Source of the DNA: Verrucomicrobiota bacterium | Lineage (GTDB): Bacteria > Verrucomicrobiota > Verrucomicrobiia > Limisphaerales > AAA164-E04 | DNA length: 64,000 bases | Assembly: GCA_047947115.1 (NCBI GenBank) | Contig: CP170459.1 | Location: 1,088,001-1,152,000, forward strand | Direction of reading: 5' to 3' | Shown: piece after piece, positions 48,593 to 59,437 of the stretch | Layout of the letters: each line of letters opens with the position of its first letter | Numbering within the stretch: the stretch's first letter is position 1 | Program-made: the position numbers and the translations under genes | The notes under the pieces: generated by a model | What the model was told of the DNA's origin: nothing | The model's input: only the letters and a program-made list of their open reading frames with translations | The model's database searches: none

Positions 48593-48718
48593 CTATAACG
48601 TTTGCCAAAAGTAATTTCTGAAAAACCTCTGCGTCACTGCGTCCCTAGCGCAGCGGGCGTGAGGATAAGAAGCATCAGCGAGCCCCTTATACGCAAATAC
48701 TTTTGGCAATCAGTATAG
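48593..48718. mobile_element. MITE-like element
   Basis: Terminal inverted repeats ctata-N4-ttgccaaaagta / tacttttggcaa-N4-tatag around a GC-rich repeat core. Confidence 0.55.
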
Positions 48719-48896
48719 GAAAGGAATGGATTCAGGGTCTCATAACCTTTTGAAGTCACTGAACCGTTTAATGCTTTTAGTCGCATCCTTTGCCTTTCCA
48801 TTCGATTGTCTGATCTCGATTTCGGTGAAACAGGTCACATAAGAACGCGCCGAATCATTGGGCGTGTCGTTTAAATTGGAGAAAGTGAACACCGAG

Positions 48897-49034
48897 TCAT
48901 GTCAGCTCCGAGTGACCACCCTCGTTACGGCCGATGTCAAGGATGCCTTCTTGAGCGTCGGTAAATCCACATATCCATTTCAGATACTCGTTTCGCCAAG
49001 ACTCTTTCCACTCAATCTGCTGATCTTCACTCGT
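48897..49034 (-). pseudogene. N-terminal remnant of a Schlafen/AlbA_2-domain protein
   Basis: (ACG)SEDQQIEWKESWRNEYLKWICGFTDAQEGILDIG..; start mutated to ACG, stop at codon 46. Confidence 0.75.
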
Positions 49035-49069
49035 TTCTTTGAGGTTCCTCTGATCTGGTTGATCATGGA

Positions 49070-50584
49070 CTATTCGTCTTGAAGGAGTTTGTCTGCGAAC
49101 GCCACTGGCTTTCCGGTGATTTTATTGATGGGCATCAGTGCCTGTTTTGATCGAAGTTCTTTGCCGAGTTCATTGGCGAGTTGTTTGACACGGACCGGTT
49201 GATCCGATGCATGGTTGTGTTTTTCTCCGATGTCGGTTTCCAAATTGAATAGTTCAAGGCGTTGATCGCTGTGGTGGTGGATAAGTTTCCAGGGGCCGCG
49301 ACGAATGGCGCTGAAGGATCCCTGGCCACTGTAGTTGTGCGGGAAATGCCAGATGAAATTGCGATCTTCGGACTCGATTTGATCTCCTTTTAGCAAGGGA
49401 ACAAAACTGCGGCCATCCACGCTCTGCTTTGTTTTGCCATGCCAGTCCACGCCGGCAAGTTCGAGGATGCTGGGAAAAAAATCTTCAATGATCAATGGCG
49501 TATCGCAACTCGCAGCGGGTTTTGTCACGCCCGGCCATTTCACGATCATTGGTTCGCGTGTGCCTCCCTCGTAAGGGGTCAGTTTGTGTCCGCGCAGGGG
49601 CAGGTTTCGAGGGCATTGGGAAGGTGAGCCGTTATCGGACATGAATATCACGATGGTGTTGTTTTCCACTCCGAAGCGCTTGATGGCTGCCATCACATCC
49701 CCCAGTGATTTGTCCATGCCTTCGATCATGGATGCCAATGTGGCTTCGAAAGGTTTGAGGCCTGCGTCGATGTATGTTTGATAAAACCGATCATCCTTTT
49801 CCCAGGGCGCATGTACCGCATAATGGGACATGTAAAGGTAGAAGGGTTCTTTTTCGGCAACGGATTGTTCGACTGCTTTGATGGCTTCGAGCGTCAGGGC
49901 TTCGGTCAGGTAGATATTTTTACCGTGGTAATCTTCCAGTCCTGGAACATCCCAAATAATTGCAGGTGGATCGGTGCGCCACGCAGCGCTGAAGTTCTTC
50001 TCACCCCAATAACTACCCGGACCTCCGGCAGCATGTCCGGCGATGTTGATGTCAAAACCAAGATTCAATGGATCATCTCCCGGTGTTTCTTTAGCGCCGA
50101 AATGCGCTTTGCCGACATGGATGGTGCGGTATCCCGCTTCCCGCAGAAGGCTCGGCAGCGGTGTGACTTGATAGGTCCGTTCGATCCCCTGCTCCATGCA
50201 GATGCCATTTACATTCCAGACGGGTGGTTGGAGTGTTTTGTGGGGATTGTCGGGTGAGGCATTTTTACGCAGGGTCCAATTGGTGACCCGATGTCGGGCG
50301 GCGTTCATCCCTGTGATGGCGCTGACTCGGGTGGGTGAACAAACAGCCGAAGCATAGGCCTGAGTGAACTTCATCCCATCAGCGGCGAGACGCTGCATGT
50401 TGGGGGTATGATAGCGGCGGTTCAGTTCGGTAACTTCCGTGTGGAATGGCACCGAGGTTTCCTGCCATCCCATATCGTCCACGAGAAAGAAGACAATATT
50501 GGGTCGAGTGTCGGCATGGATGTGAGCTGCGCACATCACTCCCAAGGCCATGAGCCAGATGCTCATCGATTTCGGAAATGTCAT
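49070..50584 (-). CDS. Sulfatase (S1, Cys-type, arylsulfatase-like)
   Basis: Signal peptide; PNIVFFLVDD, CSPTR, GKAH, SDNG, YEGG. Confidence 0.93.
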   Translation of the reverse strand: MTFPKSMSIWLMALGVMCAAHIHADTRPNIVFFLVDDMGWQETSVPFHTEVTELNRRYHTPNMQRLAADGMKFTQAYASAVCSPTRVSAITGMNAARHRVTNWTLRKNASPDNPHKTLQPPVWNVNGICMEQGIERTYQVTPLPSLLREAGYRTIHVGKAHFGAKETPGDDPLNLGFDINIAGHAAGGPGSYWGEKNFSAAWRTDPPAIIWDVPGLEDYHGKNIYLTEALTLEAIKAVEQSVAEKEPFYLYMSHYAVHAPWEKDDRFYQTYIDAGLKPFEATLASMIEGMDKSLGDVMAAIKRFGVENNTIVIFMSDNGSPSQCPRNLPLRGHKLTPYEGGTREPMIVKWPGVTKPAASCDTPLIIEDFFPSILELAGVDWHGKTKQSVDGRSFVPLLKGDQIESEDRNFIWHFPHNYSGQGSFSAIRRGPWKLIHHHSDQRLELFNLETDIGEKHNHASDQPVRVKQLANELGKELRSKQALMPINKITGKPVAFADKLLQDE

Positions 50585-50593
50585 GCCGGTAGC

Positions 50594-50720
50594 CTATTCG
50601 AAGAACTAAATGTCTGCAATGGTAGGTCCTTCACTGGCATCCAGAATATTCAGCCGAAAGGCGCTGGTGGTAATGGGTGTATCGAGTTTCTTTTGAAACC
50701 AACGTCCGATGGTCATGCAG
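50594..50720 (-). pseudogene. C-terminal remnant of an F5/8-type C (CBM32-like) domain
   Basis: TIGRWFQKKLDTPITTSAFRLNILDASEGPTIADI*FFE*, similar to the GH29 tail RLRIVEAPACPALSEF in this window. Confidence 0.55.
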
Positions 50721-50881
50721 GTTTCCTCACGTCCAGAACGTTCCAGCGACTCAAAGGAGCAGCGTTCCAGTTCCGTTGATTGATTCATCGGATGACTTGG
50801 ATTTTAAGATGAATGAGATTGGGTAACAATATAAACCTCCCTGATTTCTGCCCAAATGTCACATGACTTCTGTCGAGTTTG

Positions 50882-50929
50882 TTGACTGGAATAGTTGTAT
50901 GAATCATATTGTGAATCATTATGACTCAG
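50882..50929 (+). promoter_or_regulatory. vapBC promoter with repeated TGAnTCA operator boxes
   Basis: TTGACT-N17-CATATT; ATGAATCAT 50899, GTGAATCAT 50911, ATGACTCAG 50921. Confidence 0.6.
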
Positions 50930-51184
50930 TTAACGATTCGTATTCCATCCGAAGCGCTGGAAAAGAGCCTGAGATCACTGGCAAAAGAGCGGGGTTGGTC
51001 GCTGAATCAAGCCAGTAACTACCTCATGTTAAAGGGTGCGGGATTGTTGGCGGAAAAAAAAGATGATCGCATTGGGAACCAGCTCGACGCCTTCATCGGA
51101 TCCTGGTCAGACGATGAAGCAGAGGAATTCATGATTCATGTCAATGATGCTTTTGGAAAGATTGATGAAGACCTTTGGAAATGA
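50921..51184 (+). CDS. Antitoxin (VapB-like, ribbon-helix-helix)
   Basis: MTQLTIR..LAKERGWSLN..GSWSDDEAEEF..IDEDLWK; ATGA overlap with the PIN toxin. Confidence 0.82.
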   Translation: MTQLTIRIPSEALEKSLRSLAKERGWSLNQASNYLMLKGAGLLAEKKDDRIGNQLDAFIGSWSDDEAEEFMIHVNDAFGKIDEDLWK

Positions 51185-51570
51185 AACTCATTCTGGATAC
51201 CAACGCTTATTCAAACATGATGCGTCGACATGAGAACGTCGTTCGCGTTATTGGTTCTGCTACTCAAATATACCTCCCGGCTCCGGTGGTTGGCGAATTA
51301 TTCTTTGGATTTCAAATGGGGAATCGATCCCAACAAAACCACCAGCAACTTCAGCAATTTCTTGATCATCCTCTCGTTGAGTTTTCTGCCACCGATGAAT
51401 TGGTTTGCAACCGATATGCATTGATTTTGAGTCAGCTTAAGAAAAAGGGCCAACCAATACCAACCAACGATATCTGGATTGCAGCGCATGCGCTGACCCT
51501 TGGCGCCGATCTCCTCTCTTCAGATGATCATTTTTCATGTATCGATGGATTGAGTTGGTTGAAACCATGA
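51181..51570 (+). CDS. vapC: VapC PIN-domain toxin
   Basis: LDTNAYS, VGEL, GQPIPTNDIWIAAHA, SDDHF. Confidence 0.93.
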   Translation: MKLILDTNAYSNMMRRHENVVRVIGSATQIYLPAPVVGELFFGFQMGNRSQQNHQQLQQFLDHPLVEFSATDELVCNRYALILSQLKKKGQPIPTNDIWIAAHALTLGADLLSSDDHFSCIDGLSWLKP

Positions 51571-51596
51571 AGGTTTTCGGGCGGGATTCAACTTTG

Positions 51597-52517
51597 TTAC
51601 TGCTTTAACCATCCCTGCGCACGCATCCAATCCGCACACCGGTGGTGCCAGGTCGTTACCGGAGTCTGGGTTTCACGCAGCCCATATCCATGACCGCCTT
51701 CGGAGTAGATATGGAGTTCGGAGGCGACACTTTCCCTCTTCAGGGCCTGCATCAGAAAGAGGCAACCTTCCACCGGTACCCCATCATCAAATGCATGCGC
51801 CATGAAGGTTGGTGGAGTGTCGGGGGTGACTTCAACGTGGGCGGGCAAGCCGGTCCGGTCTGGATTGGTCAAACCTCCGGGATAGATGAGGACATTAAAA
51901 TTGGGAAGATGACTGATCGCGTCCATGTCATCTCGTTGCTCATATTGACGCTCCTTTAACATCGCTGCCAAAGCCGCCGTTTCTCCACCCGCCGAAAAAC
52001 CCAGCACACCGATTCGCTGTGGGTTGAGCTGCCATTTTTCGGCATTGGATCGAACCATACTGATGGCGCGTTGTGCATCCTGCACCGCGGAAATCCAGCG
52101 ACGCCCCTGCCGATCTCTGGAAGGAACTCGATATTTTAAAACGAAGGCCGTTACTCCAAGTTCGTTTAACCACTCCGCGACTTCGGTTCCCTCCAAATCC
52201 CAGGCAAGGATGTAATGACCGCCTCCCGGACAGATCACCACCGAAGTTCCGTTCGCCTTTTCAGCGGAGGGACGATACACGGTCAACGTAGGAACACTGA
52301 CATTACCGGTCCGCATCACACGTTTGCCGGCCACCAGATTGTCACCTGGTTTGGTCGTATCAATCTCGGCAGGCAAATCCATATTTGGAGCCGGAGGCGT
52401 ACCTTTCCAAAGTTGAATTACTTCCGGCACGGCGGCTTTCGCTTGTGAGATGAATAAAAGAGAAAGGAACAAAACCACACATAACCCTCGAATGGAGCAA
52501 AGCGTTTTAAATTGCAT
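51597..52517 (-). CDS. Secreted alpha/beta hydrolase (carbohydrate esterase-like)
   Basis: CPGGG, GFSAGG nucleophile, DD, GGHGYG. Confidence 0.88.
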   Translation of the reverse strand: MQFKTLCSIRGLCVVLFLSLLFISQAKAAVPEVIQLWKGTPPAPNMDLPAEIDTTKPGDNLVAGKRVMRTGNVSVPTLTVYRPSAEKANGTSVVICPGGGHYILAWDLEGTEVAEWLNELGVTAFVLKYRVPSRDRQGRRWISAVQDAQRAISMVRSNAEKWQLNPQRIGVLGFSAGGETAALAAMLKERQYEQRDDMDAISHLPNFNVLIYPGGLTNPDRTGLPAHVEVTPDTPPTFMAHAFDDGVPVEGCLFLMQALKRESVASELHIYSEGGHGYGLRETQTPVTTWHHRCADWMRAQGWLKQ

Positions 52518-52649
52518 GATGTGAGTATTGCTTCAAAATTTGTGCTCAAGCAATCAGGAAAACACGGGTGTAAACTAATGAAACAAATAAGAAATACTAA
52601 TTAATGACATACGCTGATCGCCGGTCCACAATCCATCCTTTCTAAACTC

Positions 52650-53768
52650 ATGAATGATCCATTAAGACATCATGAACATTCTGCAACACCAAAGTCGGTT
52701 TGTAGCATCCTATTGATAATAGGAATGTTAACGACTACATGTGCGGTTCTACTTCATTCCAAATATTCCATGCCGAATGTGCAGGGCAAGCCGGCGATAG
52801 AGTGGATTCATTGGAGATCAGCTGAAGAGAATCCTCGTGCATTTGATGAAGCGGTGCAGGTGTTAGGCCAGGATGTGTGGGATTACCTAGAAAACGAACT
52901 CTCATTGCGAGACAACTTTCTGGAGCGTTCATGGCGGAAGGTATATCCCAAAATGCCAAAAGGCGTGTTCAAGCAACCTAAAACGGCGGACGAAAGAATT
53001 CTCGATGCACTCATCTTGTTAGAAAAATTAGGACCGGTTCCAGTCCAACTACAGCCATCACTGGTATCCATTTTCAATTCCAATACCAATGTAAGACTTT
53101 TTGCGATTTATGCTCTTCGAATACTTGGTGAATATGCGAGTGAGTTGACGGCATCTACCGTTGCATCTACTCAAACTTTCCTCCGAGAGACCAATGATCC
53201 AACTTTGAATTTTGCTGCCTACTGTTTGCTTCTGAAGAAAGGAATTGAACCCGACCTTTCAGAAGAAGATTTGGTAGGGATGGTTCCTAAATTAACAGAG
53301 TTGTCGGGAGAAGAAATTCAGTGGTTCATTTGTCATTCAGATGCGGATGCACTTTCTTTCTGGAAGGCACATCTCAGACGGAATGACACCTTGTTAACCC
53401 ATCTGGTCACTCCTCGGCATATTAGTGGAATATCGAAGCGGGAGCGAAAAGTTTTGTTGCTTACCGCTGCCCTTGATATTTGCGAAGACTGATCAAGTTC
53501 ATCCCAAAACCAAATTCTGAGTGCGGTCTCAGCTTCATGGGATCTGTTCGATCGAGAGGTCATTGGGCAGCGAATTATCCCAACGTACTTACGGGCCTTG
53601 AAAAGTTCAAATGAGTATTTGCAACAAACCGCTGCCCGCGCACTCGTCAATTTTGATCCGCCGCCGAGCTTGGTGATTCCTTGCTTGCAGGAAGCAAAAT
53701 CTTCAAGTCCCCACCCAGAGTTCTTCGACCAATACATTACATATTTCGAAAAACTAGAATTACCCTGA
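52650..53768 (+). pseudogene. Membrane-anchored HEAT-repeat-like protein interrupted by an in-frame TGA
   Basis: The 280-aa ORF stops at TGA 53490-53492, but the same frame continues 91 codons (IIPTYLRALKSSNEYLQQTAARALVNF) to TGA 53766-53768. Confidence 0.55.
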
Positions 53769-54132
53769 GTTGGATTTCCCGCATCAGAGTGTACCTCGGA
53801 AGCGCAGCACCCAGGAGAGTTCTTTCCAGCATTCTCATGTTTCACCTAAACTAAAATGCACCTTTGTATTTTAAATAAAATGGATTCCTCCCTCCGCTAC
53901 GCTGTAAACACGAACACATAGTTTCTTGTTACTTGTCAGAACATGGCAAATGGCAATGCCAGACCATATGATGCGAAAATCCCTGGTGGCCACTTACGAG
54001 CTAGTTATTGGACATTTGGTAGGCCGATAATTCTACGGGCCTGTGAATACGTCATGAAATTGGAGAAGCCTTTTAGGCTTGCTCAGATATATCAAATGTC
54101 ACGAAGAAGCGCGTTCAAGGATTCTGTGAAAG

Positions 54133-54161
54133 AAAAAAAAAGCGCAAATAGAGATGCGCTT
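54133..54161 (-). terminator. Intrinsic terminator downstream of mnmG
   Basis: Minus strand aagcgca-tctctatt-tgcgctttttttt. Confidence 0.7.
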
Positions 54162-54196
54162 CGAAAATAAAATGTAGATCTTTTCTGAAGAGAAAA

Positions 54197-54212
54197 GGTT
54201 CCACGTGGAACA
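54197..54212. promoter_or_regulatory. parS centromere-like site
   Basis: GGTTCCACGTGGAACA (15/16 match to TGTTCCACGTGGAACA), with agaaaa/ttttct extending the palindrome. Confidence 0.85.
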
Positions 54213-54237
54213 TTTTCTAATTCCAGACCAATAGCTA

Positions 54238-56139
54238 CTATCGGGAATGAGCCCGAGCAGCTTGTTTCATATGGACCATGAGGAGGGAGATATCCGCAGG
54301 GGAAATACCGGAGATGCGTGATGCTTGACCCAGGGTTCTTGGTTTAATGTCCATCAGCTTCTGACGTGCTTCGTTGCGGAGTCCAGGGATTTTGGAGAAA
54401 TCCATCCAGTCGGGAACCTGTTTGTCTTCCATGCTGCGGAACTTCTGAACTTCCATCTCCTGACGTTCAATGTAGCCCTGATATTTAATAATGATCTCAA
54501 CTTGCTGTTGCACTTCAACCGGAAGTTCCAGATTTGCAAAAGGCATGTTGGTGTATTGGATCTCGGGTCGTTTTAAGATCTGAGAAAGAAGGATATTATC
54601 GTGTCGGGTTGACTGAAGGCGTGAGATTTCTTGATGGATTAAAGTATCCTTGTGCTCGAACTGTTTGAAATTCCGATCTGGAAGCAGACCAAGTTCTCTT
54701 CCTAAGCGACTTAGGCGTTGATCGGCGTTGTCCTGACGGAGCAGGAGTCTGTATTCAGCTCGTGAAGTAAACATTCTGTATGGTTCGGATGTCCCTTTTG
54801 TGACCAGATCATCAATCAGCACACCAATGTAGGCTTCATTTCGCTGAAGCACGATGGAATCCTTACCGAGTACATATCGGGAGGCATTAATACCAGCCAT
54901 CAGTCCTTGTGCCCCTGCTTCTTCGTAGCCGGAAGTACCGTTAATCTGTCCGGCCAGAAAAAGACCCGAACAGGTTTTGGTTTCCAATGAAGGGTAGAGT
55001 TGTGTGGGATCTACGAAATCATATTCCACAGCGTATGCTGGACGCAGAATTTCCGCATCTTCCAATCCAATGATTGATTGAATCAACTCAACCTGCACTT
55101 CAAAGGGTAAACTTGTGGAAAATCCATTGATATAATATTCATCCGTGGCAATTCCTTCGGGTTCTAGAAAGATCTGATGATCTTCCTTATCGGCAAATCG
55201 AACGATTTTATCTTCAATCGATGGACAATACCTAGGACCAGTGCCTTCGATGATTCCCGAATACATTGGTGACAAGTGAAGGTTATTTTTGATGATTTCA
55301 GCCGTTTTGGATGTAGTTCGGGTTATTTGGCAATGTAACTGACCCCCTATTTTGTCAAGAATGGATCCAGGAGGATATTTTCCATTTGAGTGTCCTATAT
55401 CCGATGAGTTGACACCGGAATGTTCCACGTGGAACAAATCTTCCTTCCAGTAACTGAAGTAGGGGATGGGTTCGTCTCCCGGTTGAGTTTCGGTTTTTTC
55501 GAAGTTGATGGATCTTTTCAGAATCCTGGGTGGTGTTCCTGTTTTGAGTCGTCCCAACCGTAGCCCGATTTCTTTAAGAGAATCTGACATTCCCATGGCC
55601 GCGGCTTCTCCTGCCCGTCCACCGGTTGCCTGTGCTTTTCCGATATGCATAAGCCCCCGGAGAAAGGTGCCAGTGGTCAGGATGATGGTTTTTCCCAGAT
55701 ATTGGACTCCGAATTGGGTTTCTACTCCATAAACCTTTTGATCCTTAATCAGAAGTCTGCCAGCTTGACCTTGTTGAAGGAAGAGATTGGGCTCACGTTC
55801 ACACACCCATTTAAGCCGAAATTGGTATGCCTTCTTGTCACACTGGGCGCGTGGTGCCCAAACTGACGGTCCTTTCTTGGTATTTAACATCCGGAACTGT
55901 AATCCGGTCATGTCGGTGGCTTTTCCCATTTCACCGCCCAATGCATCAATTTCCCTAGCCAGGTGTCCTTTCGCCAAACCGCCGATGGCTGGATTGCAGG
56001 ACATCTGACCGATGGTGTCCACATTGATGGAAAGCATCAGTGTCTGGCACCCCATGCGGGCAGCAGCCAAGGCTGCTTCCACACCTGCGTGTCCGCCACC
56101 GACAACGATGACGTCAAATTGTTTGGGATAGGTATACAT
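54238..56139 (-). CDS. mnmG: tRNA uridine 5-carboxymethylaminomethyl modification enzyme (GidA)
   Basis: [52 protein letters not shown]. Confidence 0.98.
   Translation of the reverse strand: MYTYPKQFDVIVVGGGHAGVEAALAAARMGCQTLMLSINVDTIGQMSCNPAIGGLAKGHLAREIDALGGEMGKATDMTGLQFRMLNTKKGPSVWAPRAQCDKKAYQFRLKWVCEREPNLFLQQGQAGRLLIKDQKVYGVETQFGVQYLGKTIILTTGTFLRGLMHIGKAQATGGRAGEAAAMGMSDSLKEIGLRLGRLKTGTPPRILKRSINFEKTETQPGDEPIPYFSYWKEDLFHVEHSGVNSSDIGHSNGKYPPGSILDKIGGQLHCQITRTTSKTAEIIKNNLHLSPMYSGIIEGTGPRYCPSIEDKIVRFADKEDHQIFLEPEGIATDEYYINGFSTSLPFEVQVELIQSIIGLEDAEILRPAYAVEYDFVDPTQLYPSLETKTCSGLFLAGQINGTSGYEEAGAQGLMAGINASRYVLGKDSIVLQRNEAYIGVLIDDLVTKGTSEPYRMFTSRAEYRLLLRQDNADQRLSRLGRELGLLPDRNFKQFEHKDTLIHQEISRLQSTRHDNILLSQILKRPEIQYTNMPFANLELPVEVQQQVEIIIKYQGYIERQEMEVQKFRSMEDKQVPDWMDFSKIPGLRNEARQKLMDIKPRTLGQASRISGISPADISLLMVHMKQAARAHSR
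55421..55436. promoter_or_regulatory. parS site inside mnmG
   Basis: Perfect TGTTCCACGTGGAACA, encoding part of LFHVEH. Confidence 0.88.
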
Positions 56140-56177
56140 GTAGGAGAATTGTTTTAGGGGGCTGGAATTTTCAGAAA

Positions 56178-57773
56178 CTAGTCCTTGTAAGAAAACTGTG
56201 CATCAAATGGAGTTTCTCCATCAGTTCTACGGATCTTGCGGGTTGGATTAGCTGACAGGTGCTGGCAGATCTTGAAAAGTGTCTCTTGGTGTCCACTTCC
56301 TCCCAATGCTTCATCCAAACCATCAACTGTATAGGGTTGCCCTGGATTTTGCTTAAGGTATTCAAGAATTTTGATCTGCCATTCTATCACCTCACCTGCT
56401 GCCTTTTTTCCTGCTTCCACACCAGGTTGGTGGTAGGCGTTGATGTTGATCATGGATGCATATAAGCCCACGGCTCGCTCATAAAGTGCGATCAATATTC
56501 CTACAGTTCGGGGAGAGACCTCATCAATCGTAATGGTTATGGAATCTCGGTCATTCTCATGAAGAGCTCGCCGTGTTCCCAAAAAGAAGCCGCTTAAATA
56601 GTCGCCGCTTGTGACATTCGGTTCGACCTCGATTGAATCGTTTTTGCGATCCTTTAATACTTCGATGAAAGTTGCAAAGAAATCATTACGCCCGTCTCTC
56701 AGTTGCTGGATATAGGCGTGTTGGTCGGTCGAACCTTTGTTGCCGTAAACAGCGATACCTTGTTCTACTTTGTTTCCGTCCAGATCTTCTGCTTTGCCAA
56801 GAGATTCCATGACCAATTGCTGGAGGTATTTTGAGAATAATTGCAGGCGGTCTTTGTACGGTAAAATCACCATTGCTTTGTCACCCTTTCCTTTGCCACA
56901 GTGGTGCCACATCATGGCAAGGCAAGCTGCTGGGTTGGTGGCGGGATCCATGGCACGGGTTGCGGCATCACAGTCCTTCGCACCATCGAGCATGGCTTGA
57001 ATATCGATTCCTTGAAGCGCGGCGGGGAGGAGGCCAACTGCGGAGAGTTCACTCGTACGACCCCCGACCCAGTCCCACATCGGGAAGGTTTCAATCCATG
57101 ATTCACGAGTCGCAACTTTGAACAATTCACTGTCATCACTTGTGATGGCAACAGCGTGTTTCGCGAAAGAAAGCCCGGCATTTGAATACGCATTTTTAGC
57201 TTCCAGCATGCCGTTGCGGGTTTCCTTGGTGCCGCCTGATTTTGAGATGACAATGCTTAAAGTTGTACCCAATTGATCTCCAATCTCTGCCAATGTTTGG
57301 TCCATTCCGTCGGGATCCGTATTGTCAAAAAAGAATGGTTTCATGACATCTATTCCCGGTGTTCCCAAGGCACTGGCCACGAATTGCGGCCCCAGGGCAG
57401 ACCCGCCAATTCCAATGACCAAGAGATTTTTAAAAGTCCCCCCTTGCCCCTTGATATCTCCGCCGTGAACTTTTGAAACAAATGATTGGATCTTTGAAAT
57501 GGCTTCCACGATCTGGATGCGCTGTTCCTTTTCAGGTGACAAATCGGCATTACGCAACCAGTAATGTCCCACCATTCTGCCTTCATCAGGATTCGCAACA
57601 CATCCTTTTTCAAGTTGTTGCATCAATTCAAGAGCTTTTGATGCTTTCTTCTTTAGCGTTTCAAAATCTTGGTCCGTGAAGGAAACTTTGCTGACATCCA
57701 GGTTCAGATTTAAATCAGGATTTGATAGGTAATGCCTCTTGAATCGGTCCCATGATGGGCTTTGAATAGTCAT
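56178..57773 (-). CDS. pgi: Glucose-6-phosphate isomerase
   Basis: [45 protein letters not shown]. Confidence 0.96.
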   Translation of the reverse strand: MTIQSPSWDRFKRHYLSNPDLNLNLDVSKVSFTDQDFETLKKKASKALELMQQLEKGCVANPDEGRMVGHYWLRNADLSPEKEQRIQIVEAISKIQSFVSKVHGGDIKGQGGTFKNLLVIGIGGSALGPQFVASALGTPGIDVMKPFFFDNTDPDGMDQTLAEIGDQLGTTLSIVISKSGGTKETRNGMLEAKNAYSNAGLSFAKHAVAITSDDSELFKVATRESWIETFPMWDWVGGRTSELSAVGLLPAALQGIDIQAMLDGAKDCDAATRAMDPATNPAACLAMMWHHCGKGKGDKAMVILPYKDRLQLFSKYLQQLVMESLGKAEDLDGNKVEQGIAVYGNKGSTDQHAYIQQLRDGRNDFFATFIEVLKDRKNDSIEVEPNVTSGDYLSGFFLGTRRALHENDRDSITITIDEVSPRTVGILIALYERAVGLYASMININAYHQPGVEAGKKAAGEVIEWQIKILEYLKQNPGQPYTVDGLDEALGGSGHQETLFKICQHLSANPTRKIRRTDGETPFDAQFSYKD

Positions 57774-57942
57774 AATGTATACTTATATAAAGAATTAGAT
57801 AAACAGAATTAAACGTCTCTTCAACTGGGTTGAATTTGGCTAGCTGGAATGTTGCATGGGCAGGATTCGAACCCGTTCAAAACAATTCCATATCTCACTT
57901 TATGATTCGCGTCAAAGGTGTTAATTTCCTTTCACAGATTTC

Positions 57943-59052
57943 ATGGCAAAAGTATTACTCGAAAATGTGTCCAAATTCTTTATTGGACCTAAGAAATCCC
58001 GGGTTACAGCAGTCACCCATTTGAACCTTGAGATTCAAAATGGTGAGTTTGCTGTGCTGCTTGGGCCGTCAGGTTGTGGCAAGACAACCACCCTTAGAAT
58101 GATCGCCGGTTTGGAAGAAATCGATGAAGGTTCGATTTACATGGACGACATCAAGGTCAACGATGTGCAACCCAAGGATCGTGATATCGCCATGGTCTTT
58201 CAGAACTATGCGCTGTACCCGCACTTGAATGTCTTCGAGAACATGTCCCTTGGCCTGAAGCTCAGGAAGTTTCAGAAAACAGACATCAAAGAGCGGATTG
58301 AGGAAGCTTCCAGTATGCTTGGAATTGGTGATTTACTTGAGCGGATGCCGGATCAACTTTCCGGTGGACAGCGCCAGCGTGTCGCGGTTGGAAGGGCCTT
58401 GGTGCGCAGACCGAAAGTGTTTCTGTTTGATGAACCCCTATCCAATCTCGACGCCCGCATGCGCCTCCAGATGAGGATAGAATTGACTGAACTCCACCAG
58501 AAGCTCGGCTCCACCATGATTTATGTGACCCATGATCAAGCCGAAGCAATGACGATGGGGGATCGGATTGTTGTGATGCATCAGGGAGAGGTTCAACAAG
58601 TCGACCAACCGGTGGAAGTGTATCAACGTCCCAAGAACCAATTCGTGGCGGGTTTCATCGGTTCACCTCCGATGAACCTGCTGGAAATCAACTTCCAACC
58701 TGATAAATCGCTATGGAGCATATCAGGAACCAATCAATCCTTGGATCTTTCAGAGAAGGCTGCAGAGATTCCAACAGCAGCAACATCGCTCAAACTAGGT
58801 TTTCGTCCGGAGAAAGCTGAGTTGGTTTCTGAGAATAATGTGAAACATACCGATGGTATCCAAATGCAGGCAAGGGTTCACTGGCTGGAGCCTACCGGAG
58901 CGGATACTTATGTGCATCTGGCGATCGGTGAACAGAAAATCATCGTACGTGCATCCAGCAACAGCAAATGGCAGGCGAGCCAAAATCTGACCATCAGAAT
59001 ATCTACAGAACATGTCCACTTGTTTGGTGGCAAAGGAGGGGAACGACTCTAA
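57943..59052 (+). CDS. Sugar ABC transporter ATP-binding protein (MalK/MsmX/UgpC family), orphan
   Basis: GPSGCGKTT, MVFQNYALYPH, LSGGQRQR, DEPLSNLD, FIGSPPMN. Confidence 0.93.
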   Translation: MAKVLLENVSKFFIGPKKSRVTAVTHLNLEIQNGEFAVLLGPSGCGKTTTLRMIAGLEEIDEGSIYMDDIKVNDVQPKDRDIAMVFQNYALYPHLNVFENMSLGLKLRKFQKTDIKERIEEASSMLGIGDLLERMPDQLSGGQRQRVAVGRALVRRPKVFLFDEPLSNLDARMRLQMRIELTELHQKLGSTMIYVTHDQAEAMTMGDRIVVMHQGEVQQVDQPVEVYQRPKNQFVAGFIGSPPMNLLEINFQPDKSLWSISGTNQSLDLSEKAAEIPTAATSLKLGFRPEKAELVSENNVKHTDGIQMQARVHWLEPTGADTYVHLAIGEQKIIVRASSNSKWQASQNLTIRISTEHVHLFGGKGGERL

Positions 59053-59437
59053 AAAGTGTCAATAGTTGGGACTGACCCCAAATGAGATAGGAGGATACTT
59101 TTGGTTCGGGGGTTTCTTCTCTTGCTTGGAATGCGTTTTGTGTAGATCCGCGGGGGGATGGCATTAAACTTTTTCTTAAGGTAGAATGTCTGAGTTTTAT
59201 TTCCAGGAAGTGCCATATCGGTTTAAAGATGACTTTCCTTAAAGATCCGTTTGCGAAATTTGAAAGTTCGAATATGTTATAATGTTCTATGAGCAACGAC
59301 CGCCTTGGTAGGGCCAGGCGGTCTTGATGTAAATCGCAATGGAGGGCGTGTTCCCTGGCAGTGAGGTGTGTCTTCGGATCTGCCAAAGTGGTAGGAATCG
59401 ACCATTTTGCGGAGAAGTAACAAAAGCGGAATGAGTT

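Noticed and set aside
53943..54170. 75-aa ORF downstream of mnmG
   Set aside because: No recognisable motif, and it runs through the mnmG terminator
59355..59386. CIRCE-like inverted repeat upstream of hsp20 (TGGCAG..CTGCCA)
   Set aside because: Arm sequence and spacing do not fit TTAGCACTC-N9-GAGTGCTAA
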